The translations under genes were made by a program, and so were the position numbers. Shown one piece after another: positions 1-13,507 of a stretch of 64,000 nt of DNA; within the stretch, counting starts at the first letter, position 1, and the number at the start of each line of letters is the position of its first letter. This DNA is from Octopus vulgaris. Its lineage: Eukaryota. Location: the NCBI GenBank assembly GCA_951406725.2, contig OX597817.1, positions 102,424,001-102,488,000 on the forward strand, given 5' to 3'. The notes beneath the pieces are model-generated. The model did not search any database. It saw only the letters and a program-made list of their open reading frames with translations, and was not told the origin of the DNA.

Positions 1-748
1 ATGGTGCGTTGGAGACGTAGGGTCGTGGGGTGGTAAGTGAGGGGAAAAGGGAGGCGGGAGACTACAGGGCGGGTTCGGGGAGAGAGAGCAGATACACGGT
101 CCACGGACCGTGCTCTGGCAAGGGCGGTGTGGATAGTGGTGAGGGGGTATCCACGTAGGGTGAAGTGGTGAGCCATACGTTGAGACTGAGTCTCAAAGTC
201 ATGGTCGTCACTACAGAGCCTACGTAGACGGAGGAAATGGGAATAGGGGATGGAAAGCTTGGTGTGTTCTGGGTGGGAGGAAGAGAAGTTGAGGTATGAG
301 TGTGAGTCTGTGTGTTTGTAGTGAATGGAGGTGGTAAGAGTGGAGTGAAGAATGCTAACCGAAATGTCGAGGAAGGAGACAGAGGTGTTGGAGATAGTGG
401 AAGTGAAGTGGAGGGCAGGATGGAAAGATTGGACGAAAGAGAGGAAAGAATCTAGATGTTCACGGGAGAGTGAGGTGGCACCGATAATGTCGTCAATGTA
501 ACGACCATATAGTTCAGGAGTGGGACCAGTGAAATTAGAGAATATTTTGGGCCTCAACATAGCCAACGAACAGGTTCGCATAGTTGGGGCCCATTCGCGT
601 TCCCATGGCCACTCCCGATACCTGATGGTAGAACTCGCCCGCGAACGAGAAGCAGTTCAGAGTAAGGACAAGTTCGGCCAGACGAATGAGTGTGGAGGTG
701 TCAGGTACAGGGTTAGAGCGGAGGTCAAGAAAGTGTCGAAGGGCCTGC
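1..748 (-). mobile_element. Penelope-like retroelement, reverse transcriptase/thumb region (5'-truncated, frameshifted, runs off window start)
   Basis: The minus strand reads ...FYHQVSGVAMGTRMGPNYANLFVG, then after a frameshift near 545 continues PELYGRYIDDIIG...VSFLDISV...YKHTDSHSYLNFSSSHP...LRLRRLCS. These are typical PLE RT motifs. The truncated 5' end abuts (TA)n at about 749-760. Confidence 0.92.
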
Positions 749-759
749 ATATATATATA

Positions 760-1165
760 TCTCTTATTATAAAAGGCAGATTTTATCTGCCTCCCTTTGG
801 GAGTTATACAAATCTACAATATAGGATTTCTTCAATTACAATTTACCTAGCAGTTTTGAGAGTACAATGCATCGCGTCATGCCAGGTCCAGTTTTTAAAA
901 TTTAAACTCCAATTAAGCAAAATTTACAGAAAACTCACATTCTGGTGTGTGTGTCAAATGCTTTTCTTAGTCTGGTTTACACCACACGCAAACGCACACA
1001 CACAGTGGGCAACGAATAAAATGAAAGTAAATAGCGACAGAGAGATTTGAGGAAGACTAAAGTGAAAGTATTCTGTCCATGACGCTGATAGATACATGAG
1101 TAAAATGTATGGGAAGCTAAGAGCTAAGAGTGAGTGAAAATGTTCTTGGAAGAGAGTAATTAGTA
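760..1165 (+). mobile_element. Possible non-autonomous Helitron-like fragment
   Basis: Starts TCTCTTATTATAAAAGGCAG, resembling the 5' ends of the Helitrons at 1938 and 8996. No clear CTAG end was seen. Confidence 0.3.
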
Positions 1166-1174
1166 ATAAAGTAA

Positions 1175-1466
1175 ACATACACTCATACATACATACATAC
1201 ATACATACATACATACATACATACATACATACATACATACACACACACACATACACACACACACACATACATACATACACACATACATACATACATACAT
1301 ATACATACATACATACATATACATACATACATACACACACACACATACACACACACACAGTATTGAAGCTTGAGAACAATCAGATACATTTGCAACACAT
1401 CTGTTGAAAATATTATTGTTCACACACATACATATACATATATACATACATACAGACAGACAGATA

Positions 1467-1500
<34 letters not shown>
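1175..1500. repeat. (CATA)n/(CA)n compound microsatellites
   Basis: Read directly. Representative of dozens of (TA)n, (CA)n, (CATA)n, (GA)n, (TAA)n and (TATC)n arrays across the window. Confidence 0.95.
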
Positions 1501-1502
<2 letters not shown>

Positions 1503-1554
1503 ATCCAGCATGGCCACAACCTCAAGGCTGAAACATATAAAAGAATAACAGAAT

Positions 1555-1920
1555 ATAAATGTGTGCAAAGTACAAGAAATATTAATGCAGTATATGGGGA
1601 TTGGACAATAAGCGTAAGGCAGTGTCAATGGTGGTTCCAGAAATCCCGAGCCATAAACTACAGCCTAGAAGACGAGCCTCATCCTGAAAGATCTGTAGAA
1701 CTCGACAAGGACATCCTGAAAACCCTGGTGGAACAAAATCTCATCGTAACTGTTGAGGAACTAGCAGAGAAGCTTGGATTTGGTCATTCAACCATTCATT
1801 GACACCTGTGTGCTATCGGAAAAGTCAGCAAATTGGGTCAATGGGTTCCTCACGAACTTTCCGAGTCTAATTGCATGCAGAGAGTGAATGTATGCTTTTC
1901 TTTGCTGTCATATCTCACCA
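1555..1920 (+). mobile_element. Mariner transposase N-terminal fragment (pseudogene)
   Basis: Reads RNINAVYG...QWWFQK...SLEDEPH...TVEELAEKLG...STIH*HL...GKVSKLGQWVPHEL, giving the HTH region plus the WVPHEL motif, with an internal stop. Confidence 0.9.
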
Positions 1921-1937
1921 CTACTGCGCTATGTATA

Positions 1938-2573
1938 TCTATATATATAAAACTGTAGTTGTGTGAGTGTCTGTCCCCTTCGATTTAGATTCCTAACTAC
2001 TCCCACATTTTGCGGTACAGTTTAACCAAATTCGGGTAGCTTATAGTCGTGATTCATATCGAGCCCGTCTGAATATTAGCGCGCGTCTACGATGAGTCTA
2101 CGATTTTAAAAATAATTTAACATCATTTTTTATTCCATTTTAATGCATAATTTTTCGTGTGTCGATGGCGGCGGAGTTGGCGTCCACGCTCACACCTGCA
2201 CCTGTGGGGAAGGGAGTGTAAGGAAATCAACGTCGTAATGCGTTGTCAAGGAGACCAGTGTTCTTTTAGAACAACGACTTCATGGCTTGAAGACACCAAA
2301 ACAGAAATGGCTAAGAAAGCGTCTACATGAGTCTACGATTTAAAAAAAATTTACCATCGTTTTTTTTCCATTTTAATGCATTTTTTCGCTATTATATAAG
2401 GGAAGTAACTCTCTAAAAATGTCTACGATGAGTCAACGATTTAAAAAAAAAATTACCATCATATTTTTTCCATTTTTAATGCATTTTTTGCTATTTTTTG
2501 GCTATAACTCTCTAAAAATGCTTATATAGTTATTTCCCTTACAAACCCGAGCAACGCCGGGCGATACTGCTAG
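1938..2573 (+). mobile_element. Non-autonomous Helitron
   Basis: A|TC 5' end; 3' hairpin CCCGAGCAACGCCGGG followed by CTAG|T. Three internal repeats of 'gtctacgatgagtctacgattt...'. The 3' end is shared with 8996-9385. Confidence 0.85.
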
Positions 2574-2642
<69 letters not shown>

Positions 2643-3037
2643 ATAGAGGTATGTGTATCGATATATGTGTATATGTATGTGAAAGTATGTGCATATGTAG
2701 GTATATGCATGTATGTATGTGAGTATATATACACACACAAGAGCATATACTTATGTATGTATATTTCTAACATAAAGCACGAATGTATTTTCGTGTAAAG
2801 TTTACCAAATCATTAGATTTCAATATATTATACGGAATTACTTCGAATCTAGAACAACAACATAATGTAAATAGAATGATACAGAAAAAAAAACCAACGA
2901 ACACATGCACACATACAGTTATACACACACAAATACACACTCATAAAGATATATATACATATACATATATTTATAGACAGACACAAAATTTAATATATAT
3001 ATAAAATCAAAATAAGCATCAAGGATATCCAGAGGTA

Positions 3038-3126
3038 ATGCAGTACGATCGTTTCATGCGACTCCATTTAATTGAACAATGCAAACATTACATTAATTTA
3101 AAAAGTAGAGCAATCTTCAGCTGCAT
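3038..3126 (-). ncRNA. Type I hammerhead ribozyme motif (long stem II)
   Basis: The minus strand reads AUGCAG-CUGAAGA-[long stem II]-GAAAC-GAUC-GUA-CUGCAU. Stem I is 6 bp, the core is intact, and loop III is palindromic. The base of stem II has a U-U mismatch. Confidence 0.75.
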
Positions 3127-3644
3127 AAGAATATAGTATTTGGTTACATTCGAAGGACTCATCAGTATAACTTTATCCAAAATCACAAGAACATGTTTTA
3201 CCAACAACATCACAGTTGTAACTGAGATTTTTCAAAAAAGACACTGCTTTTCATTGATTATTTCTGTTATATAGATTTAATTATGGTGGGGAGTTCAGTT
3301 TTAATTTATAGGCTAGTTTATCAAATCTAGGCAAAATAGATAGACAATTTAAGTGGCAAAATCATAAATCAAGATTTCTTTGAAGCAAAACCATTTGGTT
3401 CAGCGAGAAGATACTTCAGAGAAGATGTTCCCCATAATTAAATCTAATCTGACTCCCCTCCCCCCTAATTAAATCTAAATAACAGAAATAATCAGTGAAA
3501 AGCTGTGTCTTTTTTGAAAAATCTCAGTTACAACTGTGATGTTGTTGGTAAAACATGTTCTTTGTTTATCTCCTTATCCACTTGGTGATTTTGGATAAAA
3601 TTATACTAATGAGTCCTTCCAATTTAACCAAATTCTATATTTTT

Positions 3645-3733
3645 ATGCAGTTGAAGATTGCTCTACATTTTAAATTGATGTAATATTTGCATTGTTCAAT
3701 TAAATGTAGTCGCATGAAACGATCGTACTGCAT
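3645..3733 (+). ncRNA. Type I hammerhead ribozyme motif, core C-to-U variant
   Basis: AUGCAG-UUGAAGA-uugcucuacauuu...aaauguagucgcau-GAAAC-GAUC-GUA-CUGCAU. Confidence 0.65.
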
Positions 3734-3842
3734 TACCTCTGGATATTCTTATTGCTCATTTTGACTATAATCGCCTATTTTAAATTATATGGATAATACC
3801 ATTCTAAATTCTGGTGCCTTCAACTTAAGTACCATATTCATC

Positions 3843-3885
<43 letters not shown>

Positions 3886-4027
3886 TAATGATCATCCACA
3901 GAATTTATTCTAATGACCTACACGTGTTTCCCCTGCACCGACGTTAAATACTGACCAAAGTGGTTAGTCGTTAACTGGAACTTAACTGAGAGCCACGGTG
4001 TCTGCTCGGATGATATATCTCTCCAAA

Positions 4028-4062
<35 letters not shown>

Positions 4063-5284
4063 GCACACACACATATAAGTATATTTTCATGTATTCATTC
4101 ATACATGTGTGTACATATGTACATACATACACACATACATACTTACATACATATACATACATACACGCGCGCACACACACACATATATAAAACAATAGAT
4201 ACGTAATATTTCCTTCTGTGGAAATATATAATAGTTAGTTTAAAAGAAAAAATCTTCAATAGTTCCAAATAAGTATATATTGATATGCGTTAGCAAGAAT
4301 TAATTAATAGAGAGAAAAAGCATGAAAGAGGAAAATCATTTCTGTTTTTCGATTCAGTAACCTACGTTAGATATTTCCTCACATTTCACGACACACTAAC
4401 ATACTTTATTATATGAAATAATACCGTGTGTGTGTGTATGTGTGTGTGTGTGTGTGCACGTGTGTGTGCATGTGTGTGTTTGAGTGTTTGTACATGTGTG
4501 TGTGTGTACGTGTATATACCTGTATGTATATATATTTATCTATCTATCTATCTATCTATCTATGTGTGTACGTTTGTGTATGTGTGCGTAATATGCGTGT
4601 ATGTCCAACACATGAAGAGAAGAGGCAGCTAAAGAAATGAAAAATAAAAAGAAAAGCCATTACAGCGAAAGAGAATGAGAGAAAGGGAGAAAGTAGGTGA
4701 AAGGTTTATAGTTAGAAAAAACAGTTACAACAGTTCTCGAGCTTTCCCTATGAAATGAATGAAACAAAAGAGAGTAGCTGGGTGAGTCGGAGTTTTCTTT
4801 TTTTTACTTTTGTCAGTTTTAAGGATGACAGTGAAATTCCTTTCTATCAATATCTAAAAAGTATTTCCGCTGTTACCCCGGCTTGCAAACAGAAAATTAT
4901 GATAGTTCTATTGTCATCCTTTTAGTTTGCTCAAATCGGGGTGAAATGGCGGGTGGTGTGGGTCACTAATGAACCCGTATCTTCTACTCACCCACATCAC
5001 GCTTCCCAGCATACCTTCACTCCCCCGCAACGCATTCCCACTCCAGACCAGGGACGCCATCCACTTTACCTAATTCTGATATCACTCAATCCAGTTGAAG
5101 TTATTTCTACCAACAAGCTCCGCCTAGCTCCTTATACCTAAATTGAAAGCTAAACAGAATTTCTTTTTGAACTTGCCGCCATCTAAATATAACTCCAACA
5201 CTTGACTGCTGAAGGACAGATCATTTCCCCATCATTGATTTCTTTAACGAATAAAGAAATAAACCAAAATGATACACAGTTGCA

Positions 5285-5400
<116 letters not shown>

Positions 5401-5869
5401 TGTGAGTGTGTGTGTGTGTGCCTATATATGTATATGACCTACAAATATTCTTTTATTCTTTTGTTTCAGTCATTTGACTGCGGCCATACTGGAGTACCGC
5501 CTTACTATATAAGCATAATCTCTATTCTATGTTATTCCTTCTGTACTGTAATTCATTATACAGTTGCATTAGCCTGTTGCTGTATATATGCATTAACATA
5601 TACACATGCACGAGCAAATACACACACATTCATACATTAATGCATACATGTATCATATATAAGTGTATATATATATATATATATATATACATACATACAC
5701 ACACATATATATATATGTGAATATACATATGTATAGCACTTATTCAGCATTACCTGACACCTTTGGGTCTCAATGACACCATTATCTCTTCTCTCTCTTC
5801 TCCCCCTCCTTAATTCCTCTGTCCCTCTTTTCCTCTCTCTTCTCTTCACACGTGACTGACTGACTGACT

Positions 5870-6370
5870 ACTGGCCTTTTAGATCTGGCAGCGGTCGAGG
5901 TAACGCCAACATTTTTTCTCTGTCCCAAGGCACATTCCTAACACGCCAGCTGAGTTTAATTCGTCCTAGTCGAAAGACGCCTGTTTGTGATGTCCTGTTA
6001 TTATTATTCTTATTATTGTTTTTACGTATTATTTTTGTTTTCATATTCGTGTAACATCGTCCATTTTTCTGTCCTTGTTTCGTATACATTCGAAGCTTTC
6101 TTCCAAGTAATCTAATGCTCTTAGCTTAGTTTTTCCTTGGGGCTGGCCGGTTTGGAGCAATCTCAAGATTAATCAGCCGAAATTGCGAGGATGATCCGGT
6201 TGTTGACTGAAGATTGAAGGCTTCGAATGTCCCGTCCGTGTTTTTTGTATCGTCTTCTAAATGTTTTGCGTTCTTGTCCCAGTTTGTATTTTTTATGAGC
6301 GTCAAATAATACTTTAATTGTTCCACGTCCTCGCGTTGCTGTGTTTTTTTCTGTGTTTTCTTGTTTGGAT

Positions 6371-6374
<4 letters not shown>
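5870..6374 (+). mobile_element. Penelope-like 3' terminal (pLTR-like) fragment
   Basis: Ends GTTTGGATTA followed by (TA)n, like the PLE end at about 57830. An inverted partial copy lies at 12790-12913 and a diverged relative at 6440-6785. Confidence 0.55.
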
Positions 6375-6438
<64 letters not shown>

Positions 6439-6439
6439 A

Positions 6440-6783
6440 ATAATTTTTTCTTTCTGTTGTAAAGCCGAAAGGCGTTCTGTCGTACGTGTATAATTCTAGC
6501 TTTTTCGTTTTTGTTTCCGTTCTTGTACACATTCGTTTGCCTTTCCCAGAGGCTTAATGCTTTTAGCTTAAGTCCCTGGCCATGCCGAATTCAAGTGGTT
6601 GTCGGAGATAAGGGGGTGAAACTACAAAGACATTTCGGTCTCCGACTGAAGAGGTTATCGGCTGCCAATGATCCGTGTATCTTGCTTTTGTCCTATTTGC
6701 CGTTTGTCGTGCTATCCTCCATTTCCCCTCATTTTGTATTTTGACGGTTTCCGTTTGTTGTGTTCTTTCCGTTCTACCTTTGC

Positions 6784-6785
<2 letters not shown>
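6440..6785 (+). repeat. Diverged relative of the 5870-6374 repeat
   Basis: Shares 'gtacacattcg...ttcc...taatgct.ttagctta', 'gactgaaga' and a T-rich tail. Confidence 0.5.
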
Positions 6786-6821
<36 letters not shown>

Positions 6822-7068
6822 GATTTATGTACAAGTAGACACGAACACATATATCATGTGTGTGGCGTGTGGTGTGTGTGTAAGCAAGAAAGCGAATCAC
6901 GTACTTTATGACACACACTCGCGTATGCACACACCCGCGCAACACACACACGCATACATGCGCACACACAATGGCATATGGACGCACAAATACACATAGA
7001 CGCGCACACATACATACACACACACACATATATATCTATATATATATATATGACATATATATGTATTC

Positions 7069-7147
<79 letters not shown>

Positions 7148-7713
7148 TATTTTATGCGTATGTATGCATAAATTTAGATGCATGCATTCATATGCATACA
7201 CATAAATATATATCTACATATACGCGTCTCCACGAGAATGTACGTTTAAACTGGGTTGAAAGAAAGTCTATTAGCTTCCAACAATATTGGTTTAACCTTA
7301 AAATAAGCGTCAAGTTGTATAAACATATGTTTCAACATGTGTACAACTCATCTGATACAAGCTCATATGTACAGTTATTAAACCGTTTGTATGGAGACGA
7401 TCGACTCAAAGAACTTTTGAGACGCAATACATAATAATACATACATACATACATGCATACATACATACATACATGCATAAGCATGTGTGTGTTTGTGTAT
7501 ATATGTGTGAATGTGTGTATATATGCATACATACACACACGCACACACACTTATATATGTATGTATAGAAATACACACACACACATACATATATACATAT
7601 GCTGGTACAGACGTAGAAATTACCTGTTGATAAGACTGTGTGCAGCTTGTAAAAGTTGATGTGCACGATTATATGTGAAGATAATTTAGCGCTTCTTTAG
7701 CATTTATCTACAT

Positions 7714-8047
7714 CAGTGGTTCTCAACCGAGGTCCATATGACCCCTAAGTGTCCATATAAGATTTTGGGTGTCTACACAACAAAATAATAAACTGGTGAT
7801 CCACAATAACATTTTTAGGACTCCTGAAAAAAATTTTCTATGATGTATATATTATGTGTTGCAAGAAACAGGCTTCTTTCTCTAACATTTTCCGTAGTTC
7901 AACCTCCACAATGCGTGAAAGACAATATCGGAGTTTTGAAAGAAGTTTCTATAAAACTGATTTTCAACATCGAATGGCTGTGGGATCCACCAGAATAAAA
8001 TAGTAATTAAAAGGAGTGCATAGATAAAAAGTGGTTGAGAATCCTTG
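7714..8047. mobile_element. hAT (Charlie-like) MITE
   Basis: TIRs CAGTGGTTCTCAACC and GGTTGAGAATCCTTG; 8-bp TSD ATCTACAT/ATCTACAC. Confidence 0.85.
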
Positions 8048-8858
8048 ATCTACACGGACATATGTTCATACATGTATACACGCTAATATATACATAACAA
8101 TTTTGTGGTTAACGTAGAATCCTCCAGATTAAAATAAAATAGATAAAAGTGTGTCCTTTCATTTCCCAAATGAATTATTGCGGTAAGAGATAAGGCTCCA
8201 GTTGTTTGAAATTATCATGATTCTACAGAATTGAATTGAATGCCTTCTCTCACCTATACACATGTATACAAACTTAAGCATACGCACATGTGCACGCACA
8301 CGCGCACCTGCAAACATGCGTGAACGCGCATTTTCGCACATACTTCAATTTAGAAGTTAGCCTTGTTTCATTTTGATTTCGGTTTACACAGCAGTCAGCT
8401 TTGCAAAATAAAAAGCATTCTGTACTAGGGACAATTGAATCGGCTATTATTGACATTTGCGTATGTATGCCCTAGAGCCTAGTTAATAAGTCAGTTCTTC
8501 CTTACACATGCGTAATATACTTTCCTGAATAATACATAATTTTTCCTCTATATGTGTATGGCATAGGGCGCTAGACAAGTAGTTACTTATTTGTTGCGCA
8601 TAAGCCAGCTTGTATCTTAGATAAGGAATCATTCCTCCACACTGTACATATGTACAATGTGTGTGTGCGTGTGTGTGTGTTACTTAATGTATGCACACTA
8701 TCAGTAATCCAGTTACTGCAATATTTGGCCCGAGGTAACATCTCTTATAGACTTCAGTGTTAAAATACATAGTGAGGGAAACAAAAACTCGTACCAGCAG
8801 CGGTCACCGCGAGCACCTGATATATTTCGGCCATTTACTGTATACGAATGCGTATGTA

Positions 8859-8904
<46 letters not shown>

Positions 8905-8995
8905 CATGCATTCTTATAATTATCCACCGAGATTATCAAGAATTGTATATATTATTAATTATAGTAAATTTTCAATTATTATATAATAATCTTAA

Positions 8996-9385
8996 TCTTC
9001 TCTCTATATATAAACGGCAGTTTGTCTGTGTGCGTGTCTGTGTGTCTGTCAGGTTGTACCCTCACCCTGACCACGGCTTTCAACCGATTCTGATGAAACT
9101 TGACACACACATAGCCCAATGTCATAATTCAAAACTAACGCAGCGAAAATTTTGAAAAGTTCCCCCAGTTCTGAAAAAGATCGATAAATTCGACATGGGG
9201 TCGACAATCAGAAACACAAACCACAGATGGTCTAGGGGACGCAACTCGACCTTTTTAACTCTCGAAAAAAAACATTTACCATCATTTTTTCCCCATTTTT
9301 TTGCTATTTTTTGGCTATAACTCTCTAAAAATGCTTTATAGTTATTTCCCTTACAAACCCGAGCAACGCCGGGCGATACTGCTAG
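8996..9385 (+). mobile_element. Non-autonomous Helitron
   Basis: A|TCTTCTCTCTATATATAAA start; hairpin plus CTAG|T end identical to the end of the 1938-2573 element. Inserted in a degenerate AT-rich tandem repeat (about 8910-9700). Confidence 0.85.
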
Positions 9386-9714
9386 TTCCTTATAAAAGTG
9401 TATAATATAAAAATAAATAAGTATTTAATTATCGTATCCGTTATTTTATTTTTAGTTATCAATAATTGTATATATTATTATTAATTATAATTTTTCAATT
9501 ACTATATAATAAAGTTAATTCTTATGTAAGAGTTTATAATGAATAAATAGATATTTGGTTATCCTTTCTGTAATTTTTGTCTTTTAGTTATCCAGTGAAA
9601 TCCTCGGTGGTTATATATGTTGTTGAATATAATAATTCGTTAGTTATTATAAAATAAGGCTAATTCCTGTAGAAGGGTTTATCATATTAGATAAGTAAAA
9701 AGGCGTCTCAAAAC

Positions 9715-9981
9715 CAGAAAGGAGAAAGCTAATTGGAAGACTACAGATCTAGTCCATCACTAGAACTGTAAAAGTCTGTAAAACTTTTCAGAAGTTTATC
9801 ATTTAAATATATATGAGCATGTCTAGATACGCAACTATAAGAATGAGAACATATATACAAAGCAAAACATACAAATCTGCATACACACATACATACATAC
9901 ATACATACATACATACATACATACATACATACATACATACATACATGCTTACATATATACATACATACATACATACATACA

Positions 9982-10015
<34 letters not shown>

Positions 10016-10301
10016 CATATAAAAATACTCTATTATTGACGTTGGAATTCCAATGAGGGAGCCTTGAATCTAAGTTTGAAACCGGCTCTTTCACTATTGG
10101 CAAGAAATTTTGAAATAAAGCTGAACAATGACATACATACATACCTACATACATACATACATACATACATACATGCATGCATGCATGCATGCATACATAC
10201 ATACATACATACATACATACATACATACATACATACATACATACATACATACGTACGTACGTACGTACATACATACATACATACATACATACATACATAC
10301 A

Positions 10302-10330
<29 letters not shown>
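9715..10330 (+). mobile_element. 3' end of an R4/Dong-like RLE LINE with a (CATA)n tail
   Basis: Homologous to about 63570-63886 (RLQI*SITRTVKVCKTFQKF, 3' UTR, then TGACATACATAC...). Confidence 0.7.
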
Positions 10331-10334
<4 letters not shown>

Positions 10335-10339
10335 TTCTT

Positions 10340-11250
10340 GAGGTGGGTGCTTCTTAGAGAGACTTTGATTTGGTTGCCAATTTTTCGGTTCAATTTTACT
10401 TGTTTTTCCTTTCCTTCATTTTTATGGTTTATCACTTCCCAATCCTTCTCCAAATACCATTCCCTCTTCATCGCCGCTAAAGAGTTGGCTACTGCTGCTA
10501 CTAATATTTTCTGGCTGATCCTGTGCAATAACAGGTTCCTCAGTCTCTCGGTCATCGTGGGCCCCTGGTACTGATGTTGAGGTGGACAAGGCAATTGGCT
10601 TGTTTCCGCTTCACCCATTCCTGGTGTCTGATTGAGGATACCTTATAGGCAGTGGCAGTTACAGCCAAAGCTTTAACTTCCAGTAACTTCTTTTTCTACC
10701 GCCCAATGCTGTCTCTTTTCTTCTAGTATTCCTCTTTGTTTTTTAAGTGGTGTTTACAACCACATTTGTAGCAACTGGACTTTCTGCTCTACACCGTTAT
10801 TCTGATTGTCCGTCTTTCTGCTCTCTCATTAGGGTACAGCTCCAGAACGACCATACGATTTTCGGATCTAAATATCCATACATACCTTACTCTATCACAT
10901 ACTGTTGTGTTCGGGTGGGGTCTGTTGAGATGTTCCAATCCCTTGTCAATGAGGAAGCATAGTAGACTTTTTCTGTCGCATTTTCCCACAACTTATCCTT
11001 TTCATAGAGTTGCAACCAATATAGGGGTGCCTAACATCTGGAATTTTGTTAGGTGCAATACGACCAGTGTACCTTCCACTTTAGTTTTCCATAGAAGATT
11101 AATGATGGGAAAGAGCAGCAACGTTCTCGAGAAATGTGTGCGTTAACGAAAATAAGATGGATAACTTCCGGAAATCCTTGAACGAGCGAAGAGATATTAC
11201 AAATTCCCAATAACTCGACATACATAGAAGTAGCATAAACTGACCTGTCC
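10340..11250 (-). mobile_element. Tx1/L1-like LINE ORF1 remnant
   Basis: The minus strand reads RTIRITV*SRKSSCYKCGCKHHLKNK, a decayed CCHC knuckle. Same layout as 59900-60000. Confidence 0.55.
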
Positions 11251-12700
11251 AGATGCGCTAAACGAGTACATTTGCACTCGTTTAGTGGTTGTCGAGTGTA
11301 GGATATATCCAGCAATCGACTGACTTTCTTACTATGATCAGTGTAACTAATATACTGATGTGATCAGTATAGGATATTTTGTTGCTCTTAAAGCTGTGTT
11401 GCAGCTTTGATCACTCTGTCCTTTTGTATATATGTACGGCTACATTTTCTATCGCTATTTTGATTTTTTTGTTTTTTAAGACGGTAAGGTGTGGTTTGAA
11501 AAAGATGAAGATTTGGATAGCTAGTCTATTATATTTCATTTATCGATCTTAGTGGGACGAAAGGCAACGTCCAATAACAGCTATTATTGAACATACAAAC
11601 TTACTTTCTCTAATTTTCATAATAAAATTCTCAACATTTCTAACAGTGTTAATAAACCAAATAAATTAACGAGTTAATCTCTTATTTAATTATTGAATTT
11701 TCATTAATTATTGACTTGGTACAGACCCTTTCTAGTTTGATTCATTGTGTTTTTTAGTTCAATTACTGTTGTGTTTGCGTTTTGATCTTCATTTTCCGTC
11801 TTCAATTATAAAATAATCCTACTGTGTTCGAATCTCAACAGATTCGACTTTTTATTTCCTTTTTCTCCTAAAAATGATGTTCTCATAAAAATATAACACC
11901 CTAATTTTTCACTTTCTCACATTCCTCAAAAGTCTAATGCTTCAAAGTGTCAATACGTTATTTGCTTCGTCTAGCTTTCTCTGCATGTCGAGAAAGAGAG
12001 TGGATAACACACTTAAGACTAGATATGCACTGTAGTTTTGTTCACTTTCTATTCAGGCCAGATCAAAATTACTATTTAAATAAACACGTTATGCTATCCT
12101 TACCATTTCTACAACTCAGAACTTTACCATCAGATCAAAATTGTTTTTATCTACTATCTGTTACTTTATTTTATGATAATAATAATTATAATTATTATTA
12201 TTATTTTTTGCGTGTGTCCTACAATGGTGCACCGTAAAGATGGAACGCCTCTAGGGAACCGAGTTTGCACCTCGGGCTTGTTATCCATTCAAGCAATTTC
12301 TGTTCACTTATTTCTGACCATATCCTAGTGAAGATGTCTTCCCCAAGTTGATATGTACAGGACATTGATTTTGAGGGCGAAGTCCATTACGGGTCACAGA
12401 ATATTTTCATTACTCGAGAGTTTAGGTAAAATTCCATTGACTTGTATTTGAAATTAGATTTCTGTCCTTGGTGGAAATCATTTTACATTATATTCAATAT
12501 CCATAGGAAATGCATAAATATCATCACTCGTTCTCCTCTATGTCCCCGCATTACTAGAAACAAGAAAATGAAGCTGTGATGCCTATGTAAGAATCACTTT
12601 AACCTTCTTGGATCATAAAAACATTCCAATATTTTTTCATTGCTCTTCTTCACCGCCTCCGCCCAGCCAACATGTATATATCTATGTTTACTCTCTCCCT

Positions 12701-12786
<86 letters not shown>

Positions 12787-12789
12787 CGT

Positions 12790-12911
12790 AGAAAAATACA
12801 AACTGGGACAAGAACGTAAAACATTTAGAAGATGATACAAAAAACACGGACGGGACATTCGAAGCCTTCAATCTTCAGTCAAGAACCGGATCATCCTAGC
12901 AATTTCGGCTG

Positions 12912-12913
<2 letters not shown>
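12790..12913 (-). repeat. Partial inverted copy of about 6172-6293 sandwiched between (TA)n arrays
   Basis: Near-identical reverse complement, with (TA)n on both sides. Confidence 0.85.
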
Positions 12914-12972
<59 letters not shown>

Positions 12973-13437
12973 AATAAAAAAGAAGTGGAAACATTTCTGA
13001 CCTTTCGAAATACAGAGACATTTCAATACTTTCTAATATCTCCACGGTTACGAAAAAGATAATTGTCATACAACGACTGTAAGACCCGCATCACCATCAC
13101 CACCACCACCACCACCACCACCAGCACCACAGCCACTACTGCTATCATCCGCCCAAGACCAACTCACTCTTCCGCAACTAACAACATAGTTTAGCTCTAG
13201 CAAGCGACCAGACGACTCTTGTTCATATCGTTATCACAGCACAAAGGAACTTAACTCCCTTGCCTCGGTGCGAAATACTTTTGCAAGCTTGAATTAACAA
13301 TTATGTGTTTGCGTATTTATGTATTCCCCAGTGGTCGTTGCCTTTTAAGAAAACGAATTCCACGCCTGACATAAACTGAAGCATTAACTTACCAGAAATC
13401 TCGTGGTGGCAGCCAGATTTGAAATTGTCTTTAGGTT

Positions 13438-13507
<70 letters not shown>

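Larger units (their letters stand above)
3002..3846. mobile_element. ORF-less inverted-repeat element (inverted Penelope pseudo-LTR pair) between (TA)n tracts
   Basis: About 3005-3310 is the diverged reverse complement of about 3430-3770. Each arm carries a hammerhead motif, and (TA)n flanks both ends. Confidence 0.75.

Noticed and set aside
954-1628. Numerous VCMY/HTYI/IYIY-repeat ORFs here and across the window
   Set aside because: These are microsatellite translations.
2085-2500. Spaced direct repeats resembling a CRISPR array
   Set aside because: These are internal subrepeats of a Helitron in eukaryotic DNA, with irregular spacing and no cas genes.
3150-3170. Additional CTGATGAGTCC on the minus strand (CTAATGAGTCC at about 3606)
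   Set aside because: No matching GGAC-GAAA downstream, so it does not form a second hammerhead on its own.
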